A DNA stretch of 63,029 bases, counting the filler, from Octopus bimaculoides (Eukaryota), in the NCBI RefSeq assembly GCF_001194135.2. It is 3 parts of 3 records of this genome, joined end to end, with 100 filler letters (N's around TTAATTAATTAA, not from the genome) between each part and the next. Parts side by side here need not be neighbours in the genome. Positions count along the whole stretch, not along the records: positions 52,098 to 63,029 come from NC_068985.1; 2 more parts are not named here. The stretch is one strand, 5' to 3'. The notes below the pieces were generated by a model. The model saw only the letters and a program-made list of their open reading frames with translations. It was not told the origin of the DNA and did no database searches. Within the stretch, counting starts at the first letter, position 1. The number at the start of each line of letters is the position of its first letter. The translations under genes and the position numbers were made by a program. Shown piece by piece: positions 55,596-63,029 of the stretch.

Positions 55596-56207
55596 TGAAC
55601 AAAATAATGGAAACACCTAGCATCATAGCAACATAATTTTGAAATATCTATAAAAACCATCAAAGGCTTGTTTATTTTTATGTTTTTGATTTATTGTTAG
55701 TGTTGCTTAACATGTTTTGCTAAAATTGTTGTTTCTTTCCAGATATCATCAGAGAAAGGTAATTAAAATTCATTAAAATGACAGGTCTATCGGACTTTCA
55801 AAGAGATCAAATTGTTGGTGCTCGTATGGCAGGCGCTAGTGTAACGAAAACAGCCGATATTTTTGGTGTATCAAGAAGTTCTGTCACGAAAGTAATAACA
55901 GCCTTTGAGAAAGAGGGAAAACCTGCTCGTCGAAACAAAACTCCGGAAGAAAACTAAAACTTTCAGAGAGAAACCATCGGACTCTTACGCGAATTGTTAG
56001 ACAGGATCACAAAAGTACAGCTTTCAAAATTACTGCAGAGCTTATTAACCATCTCGAGGACCCAATTTTCACAAAAACTGTTCGCCGAGAGCTGCACAAA
56101 GCCAGATTTTACGGGAGGGCTGCAATCAGAAAACTTTTACTTTCAAAAACAAACGTTGCAAAGCGTTTAGAGTGGAGTAAAAACCTACAGGATTAGTCCT
56201 TAGAGTA
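55596..56207 (+). mobile_element. Tc1-like transposon 5' half (paired-like DNA-binding domain); DDE domain absent
   Basis: ATG 55778: MTGLSDFQRDQIVGARMAGASVTKTADIFGVSRSSVTKV..SGRKLKLSER..KTVRRELHKARFYGRAAIRKLLL..KRLEW, one frameshift. Confidence 0.88.
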
Positions 56208-58214
56208 GTATCTGTTTCAACACACGATTTCACATTAAGAACTTTGGTGAACAAATACATAAACATACACACACACACACACATACACACACAGAGATAT
56301 ATACACCTACGTATATACATATCACAAATCATAGCATTGGGTGATTAAATCGTCGCCTTGTCAAAAATGTTCTATATTTTACTCGGTGGAACACTTCGTT
56401 TCGGAGCCATGAATATTATCAATGTACTTGCGTGTGTGTGTGTGTGTGTGTATGTGTGTGTATATGTTAGTGTGTATCCTTGTGTACTTTAGAGGTAATC
56501 TAGCCTATATGAAGTGAGTCAATATATCGAAACCCTAGCCATATTTATTCTGGGTTTATTGTTGGACTAAACATCCCCAAATTAAAAACTTAAGCATGTG
56601 GCTGCTAGTTAAAAGTAGAATAAATTTGCTAAGAAATATTTGTTTGTTGAATTAAACTTTGTTGGAGTTCATTAACTTCATTTGCATTTTTATTCCTTTT
56701 GAAATGAATAAGCATTAAACAGACACTTATTCCCCACTAAAATTGAATTTTTCATATCTATATTAATTCAATCGAGTTTGCTCGCAATTTTGAGAGAGAT
56801 AGATTTTTTAAATCTGCTATTTTCTCATAAAGATTGATCTTTTGAAAGGTATATAAACACTCAGTGTGTTATAATATATTTCTAATATATTTTTATTACT
56901 ATTATCATCACTTTTTTAATGCATGATCACCTATTTTGAAATAGCAACTGTTGTAAGATTGCAAATTTCTGACTCGTACTATTGTAAAAAAAAATAAATA
57001 AATAAATAAATAAAGGCAAATAGATTTCAGAAGATAAGAATAAATAAGCTTTTGTTGCCTGAGGGTGTTTGAATATTTCAACTAAAGAATTAATTTTTTA
57101 TTTCCTTGTCTTTATCATGAAAATGACCCAAAGACAAAGAGAGCGAACAGTTTGTTTTAGAAATAAAATGAAGGAATTTTCTATTAAGTTGATGTATAAA
57201 AAAATAGCGGATATGATTTTGTATTAACTTGTCTGATTGTTCGAAAGGAAATGGTTTTCAGAATTAAAATTTCAAATACTAATTAAGCTGTTTCGTCTGC
57301 GCACTTCTTGAACGTACGAGGCTTCGAAATCAATATAACGCACACAGTTTATTGCGGAGAACAAGAAATAAGAATAAACTTTGACTAATACTATTTTTTC
57401 TTTCTTTCCCTGGTTGAGGTTTTAGTCCGGTTAATGTGGTTATGATGCAGTTTCTGAAGAAATTGTTGAAAGCACTCAGTAGAGAGAAGTTTAAATTAGG
57501 AAAGTACATGTCAAAAACAGCCATGAATCATGAACAATGAAAAAGAGTTAAATTGAATTCAGTACGCAGAAATAAAATAATGCTTTCTTACTTAGGCCCG
57601 AGGCCAATTATTGACTTGATTTACCATAGAATATTACAGGTATTAATGTAATCGAGATTCTAAGAAGAAACGCATAGTGGGATAGCTCCGTTACTTCCGA
57701 GTTGAAATTTTACTGGAATTGTCTTTCTTTTTCTTCCCTCATGGGTTTATAAAATAAGTATCAGGTATGCACCAAATTAATTTCATTGACGTTTACCCAT
57801 TCCACAAATTTGTGCTATCATTACTATTATTATCGGGATACTGCATGGCAGGATATGGACATGATACCTTGTGATAATTTAATGCATCCCTTTTAATTTC
57901 GATTTCAACTCAAAACGCAAGATGACTTTGCCTCGCATATCAACCATCCAGGTTCGATTAAATAAATATTTCAAATTCTGGGGGGTCAATTGAATCGACT
58001 GCATCACTTCTTCAAATCTGTTGCAAATCAGCTGAACTCATATTATTGTTGTTACTATTATATTCAAGTGGATCGACGGCTAACAAAAAGGAAAAAATAT
58101 ATCCGTATTTGGTTAAATTCATTTACGTAGTGCGTTCCAGTTTTGCTCGAGTTGACATGTAACATTTAAGTAAAAAGTCGATTTTATTGACTGTTCCTCC
58201 ACTTCTCTCTCTCC

Positions 58215-58338
<124 letters not shown>

Positions 58339-60892
58339 ATACGTACAATACAACGACGATGAGTGACAGCAAATTCAAAACGTGGTCTCAAACTTGTGGT
58401 TGACTTTGTGTTTCGTCCTTTCAAAATCGATAAAATTATCTAATTGATTACATCCACCCCTCAGATTAATGGTCTTTTATCTAGTATGCTGAACAGAAGA
58501 CCTAGCATTATTTAGGGCTTATATCAGTGAGGTTTCAACAAAAAACGTTGCGTGGGACAAAATCACTCTGTTTTTTGTCCGATTGAATTATAGCTTTTAC
58601 TAAAAAAGAAAAAAGAAAAACATGTTTAAAAATGACTTGCTTTTTGTTTCTCTTAAGCTAGTAAAATAAATATGTGACAAGGTTGTAGATGCCTGTATAT
58701 GAACGGTTTAATGTGAAGTAGGCTCTTGCACACCAATTGTCTCATGCGATATTTAATCGGGAATAAAGCCCAAATCAAACGGTGAGCTACTTAACACCAG
58801 TATTGTATGAATACATAGGAAAAGACGAAAGTTGTTAAACAAATCAACATTTTTCTCCCTAAAATTATTAAAAAATAAAGAGAGCTACATATAGTTTCCT
58901 GTTAAAAATGTTTTTCTAATTAATTGGTCTTGTTTCCCCAGATCTGCAAGGAGTTGTTCTACAAGCACTACAATTAAGCAAACACCTGTTAATTTTACGA
59001 TGCTTTTGGTAACCTACCGCAACAAATTGTTCTTGTTGTTTAAGCGAGGAGCCATTTAAAAGTTTAATGCCTTGATCACAGTCACAATGTAGCATTAGTG
59101 ACGGGGTACAAATGACCTGCTGATTGACTGTCACCTTAGAGACCGTGTAGTATGTAATACTTCTTATAGAATGAAGTGCACCCTGGAGAGGTTCAAACAA
59201 CAAACTACTAGGCAAAAAAGTATGATGCATGGTTGCGTCGTCCAATACTAGGTCATGGGTTTGACCAGTGTCATATCCAAAGGAACGTGAAGAAGATATG
59301 AATAAAAGATTTCAACTACCTTAACGAGAAAGGAAAATATGGGTAGTGAATGAAAATTAATGACTCAACTGGAAATAGAAACCACATTGTAAACACGACG
59401 TTTTCTGGAGCTTAAATACTTTGCAGCGCAGATATCAAGAAACTATAAAGCATAAAGTCTGACTCTGCATTGTCTGAAACATCTGCACCTTTTCTGAACG
59501 AGAATGACATTTGACAAACGATCACACTCGATTACAAGTGGCATCGATTCATAGATGTTGGAAAGATAGCTTATTTGAACACAAATTAAACAGGATACTG
59601 GATGCTAGGCAACGAGAGATATGCCAGAAGCATTATTTACCGACGCATTTTACATTAACGTGTTTATACCTCAATGTATTCATTTAAAACACTTTTTTTC
59701 CCCTATGTCATAAGTGTTGGTAAATGTCAATAAAATCCACGATTGTGATAAAAATAAGGATTTGCACAGAGAATAAAAAAAGTTACACAATAGATAACGT
59801 AGATGTATGACAAGTCAAGTATTTGAAGTATACATGACTTTTTATTACAATGAAAGGCATTTCATTCACTGGTTTCATTATACACGACGAAGGTTAATCT
59901 TATGGACGTATTAAAACGTAGAGCAATCTGTAAGATTTCAGGACACTGTTCACAACGCAGTTTAAGCTAACGCGCTTCACTTAAACCGATCGAGTATATG
60001 CAAAAGGGATAATGCCAGGTTATCTCACTTTCTTGTTTCCAAAAACATAAACCATTTGATCTTACTCGAAAGAAGCCTTTATTAATATTTTAATATTTTG
60101 GGATAATTAATTTCATCATTTGGGTTTTCTTATCACAATGATTGATCGGCCTAATTTCAAACTATTTACAGATATCTTATTCATACGCAAATACACGCAC
60201 GCGCACGCTCACCCCCCCCACACACAAACAGATAGAGAGAGTTAAATAATTAAGATAGTTGTGACTCTGCTTAGAAAAATGAGATTCTCAGTTGAATATT
60301 AAAGACAAATCAATAATCCGGAAAATTTAAATTATTATTGCAATAACTTGTCTTAGAAGTTTAGTTAGACAACAATATAATCTTCTTTCATGCGAACAAA
60401 AAGAAAAAGAAAACGATAGGATAAACTAGAACTGGGAAAGAGAGGCCACAAACTTATTTTGATTACTGGTTGAAACTAATCCACACCACTGATGCTGTTA
60501 ATGCCTTTGAGAAAGAAATGAACATCGCATATAATATGAAAAATGTAGTTGCAATATGTATTCTTAGCATGTAGTTATAATGTGAAGATGAGAGCTTTAC
60601 CACCGTAAGAAAACAAATTAATGCTTGTTTTTCTGTTTTCTCTCCAAAAAATGTTGAAGAAATAAATCAAAGGGTTGCAAATTAGCAGTTTCCTGCTGAA
60701 ATTTTTCCATTTTAATTAATGTTATTGTTACTTTAATAACAAGTAATTTGTAAATAGTGCACCATAATTATGAAAAATTACCTGGAAAATCTCGCTAGGC
60801 TGTTGAATAGAGGGAAATGTCATTTCATCCCCCACTCGTAATTTTCAATGAGCATGTATTGTACGATTTGTTTGAAGATGTTTTGACATGTA

Positions 60893-61038
<146 letters not shown>

Positions 61039-61652
61039 GGTCACTAACGTCGAACATCATTATAGGATGTTTCTCTTTCCTCCTCGTAGCTCTTTTTGTT
61101 TGTCTGTCTCTCTTACATCCTCCATATTTATCTGCTTTCTACCCCTTCATTACTTTCCCATCATCACTTATTGCTTACATATCATACTTGACTTCATATT
61201 GACAAACTGCATGTCTAAAGCAGCAAACTTGTTTATACATGCTTAAATAAATAAAAAAATAAAATGCTGTAAACAATTAGGTCAAGGAAAATAGGCTTTT
61301 GTCATATTTTTAACGATTATCTGATTGTTCCTATATCTCTGTAAGGACTTTTGGGATGTCGTGTATAATAATGACTTCTTTCGTCAGGACGGGTGTATAG
61401 TCAATTGAAACACATTGATCTCTGTATATTACTCATACTTAATTTTATAAGTTTAGAAAGGGAAAGTATAATAGATTCAAACAGAATTTATGTCCAGAAG
61501 TGAGAAGGACGATACAAGTACATTTGGACGACTCCTTATAGTTTCAAACACCACACTCGTTTTTAATCATATTGCAAAACGTCTACATCTTCCCTAGGAA
61601 CCCATTGCAAGGTTTAAACTCAGTACTACAAAATAACGAAACATTCATTGTA

Positions 61653-62082
61653 CTATAATTACTGATAGCATTGCTTTGGTGTTTTTACCTTTTCTAAGAT
61701 TATTAGAGGATAGTGTAGTAAACGTCGAGCTTTATGTAAGGGCAAAGACGAACAAAATGCCGCTAAGCATTTTGTCCGGGGTGCTAACGATTCTGCCAGC
61801 TCGCTGTCTTAGCGAAACATAATAAATGCATTAATAAGTGTCAATTTTAATATTTCTGCATAGGTTTACAGTTGGGATTATTTACATCAGAAAAGTATAG
61901 TGAGAACATGTTGCCCGCTAAACGATAGGTAGGTGACTGGAGTCTCGTCAGTGGCTATGTTTATGTTTTTAGCAGCATTTTGTTCGTCTTTGCCCTTACA
62001 TAAAGCTCGAGTTTTACAATACCATCCTCTAATAATCTTAGAAAAGGTAAAAACACCAAAACAATGCTATCAGTAATTATAG
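61653..62082. repeat. Inverted repeat, 114-bp arms (61653-61766 / 61969-62082), ~200-bp spacer
   Basis: ctataattactgatagcattg..gacgaacaaaatgccgctaa is the reverse complement of ttagcagcattttgttcgtc..cagtaattatag with few mismatches. Confidence 0.92.
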
Positions 62083-63029
62083 CAGAAGTGCAGTGAATGA
62101 TCGATGGTACTTTCGCTATCAAATATCCGTTTATTATTTCATGCCTATACAAAATAGTGAGCTGGCTGAATCGTTAGAGTGAATCTGGCTAAAGGCTAGG
62201 AAATCAGAAGGTGGTGCTGTTAAAGTGGACGACAAATCTAGTAGGTCATGACAGAATTTGAATTCAGAACTCCGGGACAATTACCACATGGCATCATGTA
62301 CAATGTTCGTACAGTTCTGCTTGGAGTGGTACTTTTCATTTTAGTGACCACTAAAAGGATGAAAGGCAAAGTCGACTTCGGTAAGATTTGAACTCAGAGT
62401 GCAGATACATAGCAAAGAGAAATAACGTGAGCAATACTATCCGACGTTCTAAACAGCCTGTTATTTCACTGCCAACTTAAATGAAAAAAAAAAAAAAGAA
62501 ACAAGCCCCCACTTCCGCGAACATTTGAATTCGAGCAACAGCACACACCCATACACATAAATGTATGACGTAAACTAACGAAAGAAATTAGCGCGCGACA
62601 CATGCAATTGATGTTGTAACTATTTCAATAACAACTTGACTCAGCCCACATTACTCAAAGATTCACTGGCACACATATATGTCTACATCTTACCCTGTCG
62701 AAACAATATTTTCCAATTTTGGAGGATTTTTCTATTGATTTCAATTACAGCAATACTTCGTGTGCATGCATGTTAGGGGAGCCAGGTATACTCGGTTCTT
62801 GGGCTTTTCACGTTCTTCATCTAGCTGTCGGTTTGCAGTTGCCCTGCACTGTGAACATCATCACACGTAAATGAACCCATCATTATTTGTTCTCAAATTA
62901 CGGCTGTGGATCTGTTGCTTTTAGAAGCATTCTTCTGATTAGGCTATCCGTTTTATTTTGATGGCAGGAAGGGGTGGTGGGAAACCAAGAGAAAGAGGCT
63001 TGAAAACGGAAGCCATCTGCAAATAGCTA

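Noticed and set aside
58916-59245. 109-aa ORF with faint RT-like LNGSSLKQQEQFVAVG
   Set aside because: Similarity too weak to call; at most a very old LINE fragment.

Overview
AT-rich, microsatellite-dense animal genomic DNA with many N gaps. The SINE families resemble octopus repeats (inference from recalled repeat families, not a database search). There are no prokaryotic features and no intact host gene that I can name; nearly all ORF-track entries are microsatellite, gap or transposon artefacts. The window is mostly decayed mobile elements: two R4/Dong-like RLE LINEs inserted in (TAA)n, three Penelope-like (PLE) remnants, RTE- and CR1-like LINE fragments, mariner, maT/DD37D-like and Tc1 remnants, a hAT-type MITE and many tRNA-derived SINEs. 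The most interesting structure is a unit flanking the PLE ORFs at 1.9-9.3 kb: tRNA-like Pol III head, (AAT)n, minimal hammerhead ribozyme, (TGTAAATAA)n tail. It lies antisense to the GIY-YIG ORF, and its (AAT)n was hit twice by R4/Dong elements. Other notes: a phase-compatible chain of small minus-strand exon candidates (13.5-28.1 kb), a CpG-depleted block (~31-50.6 kb), and two synthetic 100-bp scaffold linkers.
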